A stretch of 64,000 bases of DNA from a virus, in IMG/VR virus record IMGVR_UViG_3300024339_000005; one strand, given 5' to 3'. This document shows, one piece after another, positions 20,386 through 30,787 of the stretch (its first letter is position 1; every line of letters starts with the position of its first letter). The position numbers and the translations under genes were made by a program. Below the pieces are notes generated by a model. It did no database searches. It saw nothing but the letters and a program-made list of their open reading frames with translations, and was not told where the DNA came from.

Positions 20386-20697
20386 TTACAGCCCCGCCCA
20401 ACGAACGGTGTAACCACCATCCAGAATGTTTCCACGGGCAAAGTTACGCGCAGGACCAGCCCAGCCAGCAGGCTTCAGGATATCGCCCTTACGAAACTTT
20501 TTGTCGTTATCAACAGCAACAACAAAACCCCAGACGCAATTGTTCTGGATGATTTTGGTATATTTGTTTCCTTCAACGACTTCAAGGCCGTTTTCGAAAC
20601 GCTCGATCATCGCTTCGTTGGGCGAATTTACAAGGCCGGACCAGCGTCTGTAATCAGCTTTCAGATTCTCAAGCAGAGTGGCTATTTCGGTATTCAT
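20386..20697 (-). CDS. conserved phage early hypothetical protein
   Basis: GNKYTKII....VWGFV.....KKF.KGDILKPAGW..PARN.ARGNI motif, widespread in myoviruses. Confidence 0.65.
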   Translation of the reverse strand: MNTEIATLLENLKADYRRWSGLVNSPNEAMIERFENGLEVVEGNKYTKIIQNNCVWGFVVAVDNDKKFRKGDILKPAGWAGPARNFARGNILDGGYTVRWAGL

Positions 20698-20857
20698 TTC
20701 GCAGAAACTCCTTTGTTATAAGCAAGTTCTTTACTCATTGACTTTGCAGCAACTTGTTTCACGGAACCACCACCAGCGAGATATTCAGCGGTTTTGGCTT
20801 CAATCATTTCACGCATTTCTTGTTTAGTCATTTTCAATTCTCTCTCTTTGTTTCTAA

Positions 20858-20902
20858 TTGATCTTACTATTTGATCATGCACTATTTCTGACCAAATGTC
20901 AA
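20858..20902 (-). promoter_or_regulatory. conserved early promoter repeat
   Basis: same 45-bp element. Confidence 0.8.
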
Positions 20903-20907
20903 GCGTT

Positions 20908-20969
20908 TATTGCACTTTATTGAAATAAAGTTTGCATCTATTGCACTTTATTTCAATAAAGTTTGCATC
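20908..20969. repeat. 31-bp tandem palindromic repeat with flipped core
   Basis: TATTGCACTTTAT[TGAA]ATAAAGTTTGCATC then TATTGCACTTTAT[TTCA]ATAAAGTTTGCATC. Confidence 0.85.
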
Positions 20970-21277
20970 ATTTCAGGGGTAAAACCGGAAGCATTAAGCA
21001 ACCCGGCGAATTCTGCGTTTAATTTAGCGTTTGCAGCATTTTTTGCAGCACGGGCAGCAGCGCGACTTTCCGCAGTTTCAAGCGTAGTAACTTCGTTCAA
21101 GACAGCGGTAAAAGCATCTTTGACAGTCGCAGCAACAGCAACACCAGTTTTGCCCTGATATTTCGCAGTAGCACGAAAATTTCCGTCTTCAGTAGGACGA
21201 ATCCAACCGAGTGTGGCGCGACCAGTGGTAATTCTGAAACTGGTCTGGGTCTCTTTTTTCATGGTGAAAGTAGTCAT
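20948..21277 (-). CDS. early hypothetical protein
   Basis: RBS and promoter repeat upstream. Confidence 0.6.
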   Translation of the reverse strand: MTTFTMKKETQTSFRITTGRATLGWIRPTEDGNFRATAKYQGKTGVAVAATVKDAFTAVLNEVTTLETAESRAAARAAKNAANAKLNAEFAGLLNASGFTPEMMQTLLK

Positions 21278-21296
21278 TTGTTTTCTCTCTTGGTTC

Positions 21297-21341
21297 TTGA
21301 TCTTACTATCTGATCATGCACTATATTTGACCAAATGTCAA
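21297..21341 (-). promoter_or_regulatory. conserved early promoter repeat
   Basis: same 45-bp element. Confidence 0.8.
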
Positions 21342-21373
21342 GCGAAATCGACAAAAAAGGTGAGAAAAAAGCA

Positions 21374-21411
21374 AAAAAAATGCCCCAGAGTGGCCATTCC
21401 CCGGGGCATTT
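21374..21411 (-). terminator. intrinsic terminator
   Basis: AAATGCCCCGGGG...CTCTGGGGCATTTTTTTT. Confidence 0.8.
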
Positions 21412-21646
21412 CTCTTATTCATAGTCTTACGTCTTATACATCTATATCTCATATATGGGGTCTTATCCCCCTGTGGGCAGAGATTCCAGAATTCAGCACG
21501 ACACACTCTCGGTCTTGGGCTGCCGGTGTTTCTGGGCAGCCTTCTATCGAAAGATTTATATATCGCTCCTTCTTTTCTCCTCACGGTACCAGTAACCGAT
21601 AGTCACATTCGACTATTCTTGATCCTAGCATAAAGCCAGGCGTTTG

Positions 21647-22582
21647 TCAATCATAAATTACGCATTGTTCGCAAATAGTTCCGGTCACATCTTTTTCAAT
21701 ATGCTTGGCCCGTAACTCCTGAAACTTTTCAGAATGCCATGCGTCCATGAATGAAGTTGTATTAAGGTCACCCATATCAAACCTAGAGTCGTGGTCGAAG
21801 CAACAGGCGCTTAGGCGACCATCAAAGGAAATGTGCCCCTCGGTGAAAATACTCCAACATGGGAGTGGGTCGCGTAGCGCGTCAAGCCGACCACGGTTTC
21901 CTTGAACGAAAGTCCAATCTTCATTTTCGACCAAAGCAGCCTGGTTGTATAAAGGCAGCGCATACATTTCATCAAGGTGTGGGCTCAAGTCAGCCAGGTA
22001 TTCCTCGATCTTGTCAGCTTGGTCGCCTGTGTATTCGATAAAGGAAGCAGAGAGGGTGCAGTTATAGCCACCTTCTTCACGGACCTTGTAAGCACCCTTG
22101 ACGTTCTCGGCAATGGTGTAAAACAGTTCACCCTTGACCCGTGCGATTTCCTTGAATTGCTCCTCGTCGGCATAGTTCAATGAGAACTTGAGGCTATCGA
22201 GTCCAGCCTCCATGCATTCTTTCACCTTCTCGGGTGTAGACAGAGAACCGTTGGTTGTCAAAAACACATACGGATAACCGCAGTCTTCTTTGGCATACCG
22301 AATGGCTTCAGGCAACCTTGGGTCTAAAAATGATTCACCCAAATAAAACATTCCAAGTTCCTCGACTCCAGCCTCACGCATTTCTTTTACCACTCTTTTG
22401 AAGAGGTCCCAATCCATTGCGCCTGTTTGTCGTAAACGATCATTATGGGCACAAAATCCGCATCGAAAATTACATTTTCCTGTCAGTTCAATTTTCACAC
22501 TTTCGGGTGTGGGTGGCTTGAGAGAAAAATGTTTTTCTTTCATCCCTGTTATGTTATCAATCCGGTCGGTAATCTTACCCAT
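21647..22582 (-). CDS. radical SAM enzyme with SPASM/Twitch domain
   Basis: CNFRCGFC, GE, TTNGS, C-terminal CWSIF...G...ACCFD...CEQC. Confidence 0.9.
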   Translation of the reverse strand: MGKITDRIDNITGMKEKHFSLKPPTPESVKIELTGKCNFRCGFCAHNDRLRQTGAMDWDLFKRVVKEMREAGVEELGMFYLGESFLDPRLPEAIRYAKEDCGYPYVFLTTNGSLSTPEKVKECMEAGLDSLKFSLNYADEEQFKEIARVKGELFYTIAENVKGAYKVREEGGYNCTLSASFIEYTGDQADKIEEYLADLSPHLDEMYALPLYNQAALVENEDWTFVQGNRGRLDALRDPLPCWSIFTEGHISFDGRLSACCFDHDSRFDMGDLNTTSFMDAWHSEKFQELRAKHIEKDVTGTICEQCVIYD

Positions 22583-22670
22583 TATCTATTTCCTTGTTGT
22601 TATAAATAGTTGTAGTCGCGGAATTCGTAGTTCCCACCACATCTAATTCTCTCATAGGAGATATCAGCAA

Positions 22671-22867
22671 ATGATTCCATACACATATTTAGTTACTTCC
22701 AAAACGACTGGTCAAAAATACTATGGCGCCCGTTATGCGTCAAATGGTCAGCCGAGACAAAAGCGAAAATGAGTAAATCGGCAATGGGTAATAAATGGGG
22801 TGTTGGTTATAAACAGACAGACGAACACCGAGCAAAAATTACTGGTCGACCAAAATCACTCAGTTGA
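22671..22867 (+). pseudogene. internally deleted GIY-YIG homing endonuclease
   Basis: MIPYTYLVTSKTTGQKYYGARYA, then out-of-frame NUMOD3 motifs (SAETKAKMSKSAMGNK..., QTDEHRAKI); late promoter at 22601-22608. Confidence 0.75.
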
Positions 22868-23606
22868 TAATATCCTCATGGGAAAACGGTCGACCAAATG
22901 TAGCCTTGAATTCCTCTTTCCAGTAGTCTGCATAATCTACATCTTGGCATTCGGCGAATAAAGGAGCCCCAAGCGTATGATGTACTACCATCGGCATCTT
23001 CTCTGGCTTGTCCTGTTCGCCAACTAGAAAGTTGAAATCAAGAGGCAAGTCACCGATATATTCATCGGGGCACCATTCGAATCTGTGTAAGTATTTAGGA
23101 GAGGCAGTCTCAACAACCGTGTTGGTGAGTTGTTTTGTCACAGGGTGATCGCAATTATAAATCGTGAAAGCGGACCATTGTTTCCGTGGGTAAACCGTCT
23201 GTGGTATACCACCCATCTTGTCATCGAACTTCGGTGTATAATCATGCTGTGGGCATTGAATAGCCTTAGACGGATCGAAAGCGTCAAACACTTCCAAAAT
23301 ATTCCGGGTGATAAGCATATCACAATCCATGAACACACCAACGCCCTGATAGCCCATCAAATGTGGCACAAGGAATCGGGTGATAGAAAACTGGGTGCTG
23401 CCCATTGGGTCAATAGGACGGTCACAAATATCATAAGCAAGCAACTGGTCCCGTATGATAGGAAAAATACCAAGTTTCATATTGGTTCGACTACGAATAG
23501 AATGAGCCAACATCTTTGCGGCTTTGTCCTCAAGTGGGTCGTACCCAATAAACACCGCGTCATCACAAAACGGGGCTTCTTCTATATCATCAAAAAATCT
23601 AGTCAT
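22860..23606 (-). CDS. glycosyltransferase, GT-A fold (GT8-like)
   Basis: VFIGYD..E, STQFS.TRFLVP.L, FMDCDM, YPRKQWS, LHRFEW, HHTLG.P. Confidence 0.85.
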   Translation of the reverse strand: MTRFFDDIEEAPFCDDAVFIGYDPLEDKAAKMLAHSIRSRTNMKLGIFPIIRDQLLAYDICDRPIDPMGSTQFSITRFLVPHLMGYQGVGVFMDCDMLITRNILEVFDAFDPSKAIQCPQHDYTPKFDDKMGGIPQTVYPRKQWSAFTIYNCDHPVTKQLTNTVVETASPKYLHRFEWCPDEYIGDLPLDFNFLVGEQDKPEKMPMVVHHTLGAPLFAECQDVDYADYWKEEFKATFGRPFSHEDIIN

Positions 23607-24177
23607 TCTCTAATTCTTTCATCAACGTATTGTAGAAAATTCCGTCGGCATTCGTGGCACTCAATTGGTGAAAGCCCTCATGCAATTCATCAAACACAAA
23701 TCTGAAATGTATGTTGGGATTATCTCGGGCATACCAATCAAAATAATGGCAGCGTTTTTGAGAATCCGTCATGGTCGTGCGAACTTTTTTATCGCCGTCG
23801 AACATGTTGGAAATGCTCTGAATACTGTTATACATGAAATCGAAGCCGAGTAAATACAGCCTGGTGTTTCCAGCCTTGATGGCTTCGGCCATAGCATTCA
23901 TGCCGGCATTGGACCTGATGCTAGACGGACCATTATAGCCCTCTAATTCATATTGTTCATGTTCGGGCGGAAAGATACAGCGGTCTTCAGGAAAACCAGC
24001 TTCACGAATCATTTCCTTGCGATAGTCTTCAATCGAAACGGTGAAGTCTGGTATCTCAAAGTTTGGGTATTCCGTGAATAACAGATTGCATCCGTATACT
24101 GTGCCGTATGGTTTCAGGAAGCGGAGGTCAAAGCCTTCACGACTCCGCCCGTTGCCCACTATAAATGCTGTCGTCAT
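23599..24177 (-). CDS. glycosyltransferase-like (Maf/DUF115-like) protein
   Basis: AFIVGNG.SR, YGCN, S.AG..AM..A...G...LYLLGFDF. Confidence 0.6.
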   Translation of the reverse strand: MTTAFIVGNGRSREGFDLRFLKPYGTVYGCNLLFTEYPNFEIPDFTVSIEDYRKEMIREAGFPEDRCIFPPEHEQYELEGYNGPSSIRSNAGMNAMAEAIKAGNTRLYLLGFDFMYNSIQSISNMFDGDKKVRTTMTDSQKRCHYFDWYARDNPNIHFRFVFDELHEGFHQLSATNADGIFYNTLMKELEND

Positions 24178-24303
24178 TTTCTTCTAATTCCTCGACATAA
24201 TCAAACAGTTCCTTTTTAGAGAACCTTTTCCGGGTGCCGGTTTCGCGGGGTAGCTTGTTGCTACCCCACTCGTCGTCGTATTCTTTTCGCTGTACTTTTG
24301 ACA

Positions 24304-24714
24304 TTAGTAGGTCAGTAGGCCGGGGAAGGCCTCCCTCACAGTAGCCTCGTTCAGGCCCTTGAGTTTACCGTTTGCCATCGCAATCATCATTTTGGCATCA
24401 TCAGGATGAAGCATTTCAAGCGTATCCACCCACAATTTCTCACGACGATTCGGCGCTAGATTTGGTGCACCGCCCTCGACAAACACATAGAGTTTTCGAA
24501 CTTGACCCCATAGATTTTCTTCGGCGTCATGTGGCTCGTTCACCACATAAGGTGGCTCACCATCTGGAAGCAACCACTTGATGTTTGGGTTAACCCAATA
24601 GGCACAGAACTCCCGAAATGTCGGGTTGTCGTTCTTGCGTAGAATCTCAATCTTCTTGGTATTGCTGCGGCACTTCTTTAAGTCAGCCGCAATTTCTGCT
24701 AGTAATGGTTTCAT
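24304..24714 (-). CDS. conserved T4-like hypothetical protein next to rnh
   Basis: W.LP.GEPPY, RRE.LW...LE.LHP.DA..., VREAFP. Confidence 0.65.
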   Translation of the reverse strand: MKPLLAEIAADLKKCRSNTKKIEILRKNDNPTFREFCAYWVNPNIKWLLPDGEPPYVVNEPHDAEENLWGQVRKLYVFVEGGAPNLAPNRREKLWVDTLEMLHPDDAKMMIAMANGKLKGLNEATVREAFPGLLTY

Positions 24715-25577
24715 TGGAAGTCCCTTATGTCCTTCATTAAATGTTTCAATTTGTTGGTGATGAAATAACTGAACAGGTCACCCGTAGGCTTATGTTCGGT
24801 ATTATATTGCTTCATCACTTGGTGTTTCACGTTGTCGGGTACAAGCGCAAGGTCAATAAGAGCCTCGTTTCGCTTCCAACCACGTAGCATTTTCTCGTCA
24901 CAAAAATCTTCTGGCGCCTGATTAATCCATTTGCCAATCTTGACTTTGCCTAGAGTTTTCTTAACGCCACTATCTTCAACAAGGCAGTTATCGTCGGAAA
25001 GGAAGTTGGGTATGCCATCGCCCTTATCGCCTGCCATGATATGCTCCCTAAGATAGCGTTCCGGGTTTTTCTCTTTAACCCATTTCTTTTGAATAGGGGA
25101 GTATTGATCCACGTTGGAAAATTTCTGAAGTTGTACGAAATCCTTGTCAGAACTCAAGATCAGAATGGGCTCTCCGCCGCCGAATTCAATTCCGAATTCA
25201 TAGCATAGAGTACCAATGCAGTCGTCAGCCTCGGCATGTTCAACTTGAATCATTTTCCAGGGGAAGTGGTTGCGAACTTCATCACGCACCTTATTGAGAA
25301 TGCGGAACAGTTCCTGCCAATCAATGGTATCTTTGTCTTGGGTACCTTTACGACCAGCCTTGTAATAGGGGAACATTTCCTTGCGCCAGTAATGGCGATC
25401 GTCGGCACAGATAATCATTTCACCGTATTTGTCGCCGAACTTGCGTTTGTACGAGCGAAGCCCATTCAACACCATATGGCGTATCATGCCTTCATCAAGG
25501 GCGTTGTCACTCCCACCAAAACGCATTTGCATAAAAATATTCGAAATCATCACTTGGTTTATATCAACGAGAATCAT
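24711..25577 (-). CDS. rnh: T4-type RNase H / 5'-3' exonuclease
   Basis: MILVD.NQ, IRHMVLN, YWRK..FPYYKA.RK, EADD.I, SSDKDF.QL, GDKGDGIPN. Confidence 0.95.
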   Translation of the reverse strand: MILVDINQVMISNIFMQMRFGGSDNALDEGMIRHMVLNGLRSYKRKFGDKYGEMIICADDRHYWRKEMFPYYKAGRKGTQDKDTIDWQELFRILNKVRDEVRNHFPWKMIQVEHAEADDCIGTLCYEFGIEFGGGEPILILSSDKDFVQLQKFSNVDQYSPIQKKWVKEKNPERYLREHIMAGDKGDGIPNFLSDDNCLVEDSGVKKTLGKVKIGKWINQAPEDFCDEKMLRGWKRNEALIDLALVPDNVKHQVMKQYNTEHKPTGDLFSYFITNKLKHLMKDIRDFQ

Positions 25578-25882
25578 TTTTCAGTCCTAGTAATAATAAA
25601 TTGGCCATCCTTTGGGATTGGTCCATAAAACTTAATCGTGCCATCACCTGACGGAACATAATCGGGATCGGACTGGTATTTTTTACCGTCGAACCACACA
25701 GACAAAGAAAAGGGTTCAGTACCGAATCCCCATTCTGCAAAGTCTTGGGTCAAATGACTCTTGCTTCCCCAAAATTTAGAGGCCTTCGCGGGTAACGTCA
25801 TCAACACAGGTACAGCCGCGATAGTCGCAAACAACCCTGTTAAAAAATTTCTGCGTTTCATCATATTACGATCATACACCAA
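25574..25882 (-). CDS. hypothetical protein with twin-arginine signal
   Basis: KRRNFLTGLFATIAAVP...AKA. Confidence 0.55.
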   Translation of the reverse strand: MVYDRNMMKRRNFLTGLFATIAAVPVLMTLPAKASKFWGSKSHLTQDFAEWGFGTEPFSLSVWFDGKKYQSDPDYVPSGDGTIKFYGPIPKDGQFIITRTEK

Positions 25883-25895
25883 TTATTTCATTATG

Positions 25896-26288
25896 TCAAG
25901 TAAAATCTGGGTCTTCTTCTTCATTTTGTAAATATTCTTCGAATTCCTCATCAAAATAGTCTGGCAATTCTTCATCACCAAAGTATCCGGCTTGGTTTTC
26001 GTACATATCATCCATGAGGCTGTGAAGCGGGTGGTCTATATCGACATTGCGATACATCGCGCACCTTATCATTTCCATCACAATTGAAAAGTCCTCGCCG
26101 CATTTCTGGTCGAAGACATTGATACCAATCATAGCAAAACTGTTCATCAAAGCCCCGCCAATCTGGTCCACCGAAGCGTCCAGATAGCGTTGCTTATTCA
26201 TTTGTAGGTCTTGCTTATCAGGTTCCGATAGCGCGTTCTCAATACTCTTGATGGCGTGTATCGGAAACTGTACCACATTGTCAGTCAT
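25896..26288 (-). CDS. conserved hypothetical protein
   Basis: DNVVQFP start, HPLH motif, acidic tail; TATAAATA at 26312-26319. Confidence 0.55.
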   Translation of the reverse strand: MTDNVVQFPIHAIKSIENALSEPDKQDLQMNKQRYLDASVDQIGGALMNSFAMIGINVFDQKCGEDFSIVMEMIRCAMYRNVDIDHPLHSLMDDMYENQAGYFGDEELPDYFDEEFEEYLQNEEEDPDFT

Positions 26289-27370
26289 ACAAACACCTTT
26301 CATTGTGCTTGTATTTATATGTCCCCGCGGTACAATTCTTGATAAGCCTGTTTCCAGGCACGTTTTTCCTCGACCAGTTCATTACCAGCCCTCAGGAGGT
26401 CGTCACGTCGCCACCGAAGAAACTCGATTTCCTTCCGCAGTTCTTTATGGTATTGGTCAAATGCCCATGACATAACCGACATATACTGCCGTTGGTCTTT
26501 CAGAACATCATTCATCAGGAATCTCCGAAATGGCTTTCAGCAACTTGTCGCGGGCGGTGATTACCGCATCACGCGAATGTTTCCACTCTGTGGTTACCCC
26601 TGGCACTGTATTTCGTACAGCATCAACGATGGTATTGAAGTGCCTGGCTCCGCCAGATAACACCTCGACACAAGCGGCTAGTTCTCGCTTTTCACGTTTG
26701 TCCATCACCATTGCTCCTTCAATTGTTGTGCATCACCTGGGTCTAACCATAATGTCAGACTTTCGCCAGACTTGAAATGAACAACCGCAACGACGATATC
26801 CATTTCCTCATAAGTCTTTTTGTGTGGTGTCACCGTTACATCAGCCTTGAACCACAGCCAGACTCTCTGTCTTTCTGTGACTCTTTCTTGCTCGGTGAAT
26901 ACATCGGTATCCTTAGTCGCCTCGGCAAACGTCATGCTTTCGACTTCTTTGAGATCAATATCAGCCACATACTTTGGTACTTTTGTACCTATGTGGTATG
27001 CATCAAAAGAAAAAGCACCAGGGTATCCACCCCAATGATTGACGCGGGCTTGCTCATAAGCTACAACAGAATATTTCATTTTCCTTCCTTACATTTCTCG
27101 ACATTTTGTGGGGCTGTGGTATATTCTTTTGGCATCTTCGACGCCGCCCAAATCGGAACAATAATAAGAGTGGTGAATACAACAGCCGCCACCGTTAATT
27201 TGAATCCAAGTGTATTCATCATTTTCTTTTCTTCACATTAATCCATCGCTTGACAAATTCCCAAAATGGGGTGGTACGGGCACAGGATGGGCATTGATAA
27301 TTTTCATCCAATACAGTAACGTCCCAGCAAGTCATGCATGTTAGACGGTCGTCCATAATTTCTTTTTCAA

Positions 27371-28516
27371 TCATTTTTCAACCCTCAAGATAATGGTATC
27401 CTTGTTGATACGCCCGTTAGGCTTACCAGGTTTGGTCGTCAAATCAGGAATCAACTTGCGCCGGACAATCTTGCCACCCGTAAGGGCTTTAGGCAGGACT
27501 TCATCCGGCTTACGAACAGCTTTGTGTTCGCTTTGCTTTTCATCCCAGTTTTTCAGTGTTGAACCTTTGACGGTCAGTCCACCACGGTCAAGTGCGACAA
27601 ACTTTGAAATCGACTTGTACTTGGTGTTGAAAATCCAAAGTTCGGAAGCACCGATGATTTTTTCAGGATTGACAGAAACCAACTTGTAGTTCTTATCCTC
27701 AACCTGATACTTCAGATCTTTGACAAGAGAGCCAGTGGTCTTCACTTTGGCCTTCTTGGGTTTACGAGCGACTTTTGCAGATTTCACCATCATGTTGGCG
27801 TCGTCAACAAGATCCTGAATGAACTTAATATACCGCGTCAATTCTCGCGGCTTGATAAAACTGAAAGCCTCGTTCAAGTCGTCGTCTTTTTTGCCTTTGA
27901 CTTCAACCAATTCGACAAGCAACGGCTCATAGAAAGCGGCTATCTTGCCAGCTTGCATAGCTTTGACTTGATTCTTTTGGAGGTAATCATAAGCCTTGAA
28001 TTCAGACTTGTAATCGTTTTCCACAAAAGCGTCAACTTCAACCTCGAGGCCAGCAATCAATTCTGAAACTTGTTCGCGGATACGCTCTTGAATGTTGGGC
28101 TTGTAAACCTTCGCCTCTTTTTTCTCGACCTTCTTTTTGGTCTTCACAGCGATTTTACCCTTTTCAACCAACTTCGCAGAAAGGTTTGAAATACGAGTCA
28201 TGCTATGGGCATCAAGTTCAGCGCCGTTGTTGGCGATCCAGCATTGCTTACCGATAGCAAAAAATTCCCAATCGGGTAAAACTTTCAAAGCCGCTGTATC
28301 TGTTTTGTTGGGGTCAAGATATTTTATGACCTCCTTTTTCAAAACAGCTTTGTCGAGAATCACGCCTGCATAGTTCAATGCCCAATGATATGCGTTGGCA
28401 TACTTGGGATTGTCTAAGGTCAATTCTGACCAATCAGGTGCTTTGTAGTTTCCGATATCAGACGCCTTGGTCCCACGGAATACTGCCTTCTTTTTCGCTT
28501 TTTTGGGTAATGCCAT
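27371..28516 (-). CDS. conserved T4-like core hypothetical protein
   Basis: P.IQER, LVSV.P.KIIGA..LW.FNTK, VKGSTL, RKP, NGRIN.DTIILR. Confidence 0.7.
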   Translation of the reverse strand: MALPKKAKKKAVFRGTKASDIGNYKAPDWSELTLDNPKYANAYHWALNYAGVILDKAVLKKEVIKYLDPNKTDTAALKVLPDWEFFAIGKQCWIANNGAELDAHSMTRISNLSAKLVEKGKIAVKTKKKVEKKEAKVYKPNIQERIREQVSELIAGLEVEVDAFVENDYKSEFKAYDYLQKNQVKAMQAGKIAAFYEPLLVELVEVKGKKDDDLNEAFSFIKPRELTRYIKFIQDLVDDANMMVKSAKVARKPKKAKVKTTGSLVKDLKYQVEDKNYKLVSVNPEKIIGASELWIFNTKYKSISKFVALDRGGLTVKGSTLKNWDEKQSEHKAVRKPDEVLPKALTGGKIVRRKLIPDLTTKPGKPNGRINKDTIILRVEK

Positions 28517-28811
28517 AATCTCTCTCCTAAAGAGTTGCTGTCAGATTGAATTCCGACATAAAATCTCCAGCGCCATAAGTGCTAAACATTTCGCCCTCAC
28601 CGCCATGAACTTTAACGAACGCCCAAACTTCATCGGCCATTTCAGCCGTGACATAGGCATAAAAGCAACTTGATTCACAATCCGTTTCAACATTATCGCC
28701 GAACGTGTTTTGAACCAGTTCACCCAGTTCATAATTACAAACATCGCCAGCGGCACAGCCAGAAACCAACATCGTGTATTCTTTAGTCATTTGTTCTCTC
28801 TTTTGTTACAA

Positions 28812-28856
28812 TTGATCTTACTATCTGATCATGCACTATTTCTGACCAAATGTCAA
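28812..28856 (-). promoter_or_regulatory. conserved early promoter repeat
   Basis: same 45-bp element. Confidence 0.8.
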
Positions 28857-29025
28857 CCCCTAATCGCAACAATTTTCGAAATTAAATTGCACAACCTGGT
28901 CGATAGAATTCTGCATAATTACAACTTGGGCTTCAAGGTCGTTTATTCTTACAACCGATACCCACAACACCACCGCCATGAAAGCCACCATCGCAGAGAA
29001 AATAACACCTTCAATTCTACTCATT

Positions 29026-29751
29026 TCAAATCTCCACAGTTGTATAATCGCGGAATTCACGGTCATTGGTATGTTCGCCAGGATATCCAGCGGGGTTACA
29101 AACGACTCGGGTATCACCAATCATATAGTCGAACGAATTATGAACGTGCCCATGAATCCACAGAGCAGGATTATGGTCCAGCATGATATCGGTCAGGTCA
29201 GAATAGAAAGCACCGTTCAGACCAGACTTTCTGAAATGCTCCGAGATCGAACCGTAGCAAGGTGCGTGGTGCGTTACCACAACGTCACCAGGTTTCACAA
29301 AAGCATCCAGCCAAATCTTAGAAACATTCCAAATCCGCATGGCGTCTTCAGCCATGAAACGGTTGTCACCATCTGTAATCATTCGATGGTCGTTCATCAC
29401 ATTGTTGGCTTCGTTCATTTCCAGAGGGTTGCCACCGTTGTAGTCGGTCCACATGGTCGCGCCATGAAAAGTCACGCCTTCGATTTCCACCGACTCACGA
29501 TTCAGAACGTGGACTCTTGGGTCCAGTGAATTGCGAATCATTGTTTCAGTGAATCCGATATCACCACCATAAAACTCATGGTTGCCCAGAACATAAACGA
29601 TATGTTCATGTGGCAGTTGGTTGATCCAGGTGACTTCATCACCCATAGTAATGTCGCCAGCAAGCACTAGAACGTCACCTTCGACAGGCGGCACTGGTCT
29701 GGTGTAGTTCGTAAACTCGATATGTAGATCACTTAAATATTGGATTTTCAC
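29026..29751 (-). CDS. calcineurin-like metallophosphoesterase
   Basis: SDLH, AGD, GNHE, THH, HGHVH. Confidence 0.92.
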   Translation of the reverse strand: MKIQYLSDLHIEFTNYTRPVPPVEGDVLVLAGDITMGDEVTWINQLPHEHIVYVLGNHEFYGGDIGFTETMIRNSLDPRVHVLNRESVEIEGVTFHGATMWTDYNGGNPLEMNEANNVMNDHRMITDGDNRFMAEDAMRIWNVSKIWLDAFVKPGDVVVTHHAPCYGSISEHFRKSGLNGAFYSDLTDIMLDHNPALWIHGHVHNSFDYMIGDTRVVCNPAGYPGEHTNDREFRDYTTVEI

Positions 29752-30353
29752 GTTACATTGCTTTCAGTTTTGCAGCCACATAATCGACAGCATGAATGCC
29801 ATAAATCTTTCGCACTTGATGTAGAATCAGGGACCAGACGTAACCTTGATCTATAAGGCCCTCAACATATTCGTCAATGCCCATTTGCCAATCGCTAACT
29901 TTACTCATAGACCCATTCCTACTTCATCAGTTTCAACAGGGTGACAGGCAGTTTGAACGCCCGAAACATCCAGGGCAGCCATTACAGCTTGGCGAGCATT
30001 ATCAGCAACCACGTTCACAGCTTGGGAAACAATGCCAACGCTGTTGTTACATCGCTCCATACCAGCTTGCCAAGTTACTCGCACATTCCAAAATCTCATT
30101 CTGCGACCTCCGTCACTCGACCAGCCCATTCACCGAAATAAACATGAAGGGGAACATAAACGCTTTCACGCGGGTTTTCAGGATAACAAGTATCTTCTGT
30201 TACCGTGATTGTATAGGTGCCACCAGACAGGTCAGTGATTATACCTTCAACGTATAATTCACCAATTTCCTCGCGGGGTTGAAAATCATAGGCGCGAATC
30301 TTAGAACCCAGTGCAAACATATTTTCTAACATAATCTCTCTTTTCTCTGTTAG

Positions 30354-30398
30354 TTGATCTTACTATTTGATCATGCACTATTTCTGACCAAATGTCAA
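30354..30398 (-). promoter_or_regulatory. conserved early promoter repeat
   Basis: same 45-bp element. Confidence 0.8.
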
Positions 30399-30787
30399 CC
30401 CCTAATCGTGATTTTTACCAAACTTTTTATGCATTTTCCGGGCTGCATCAGCCGTTTGCATCAGTGGTGCAATCACCAATAGATATTCCTGGGCTTCTTT
30501 CTCGTCCCAGGCTGCCATTTCGGTATTATATTGCCACATAAGAGCCTTCTCCATTTCATCAAAGAAGTCGGCCATAACGTCGAAGCGCAGTCTGGCGACC
30601 ATTGTCGCCATGTCAGCCATGGATACGTCTATTGCGGTTTCGCCGTCTTGCAATTGTAGTTCGGGTGTTTCACTTGTCTTGGTTGTCATTGTCGATTCCT
30701 TTAGTTTTCCAGTATTCTTTTATGTCTTTTTTGTTTTTCGGGCTGAGGTTCATATCCCACATATCCTCGGCTACCATCTGTTCTAGG

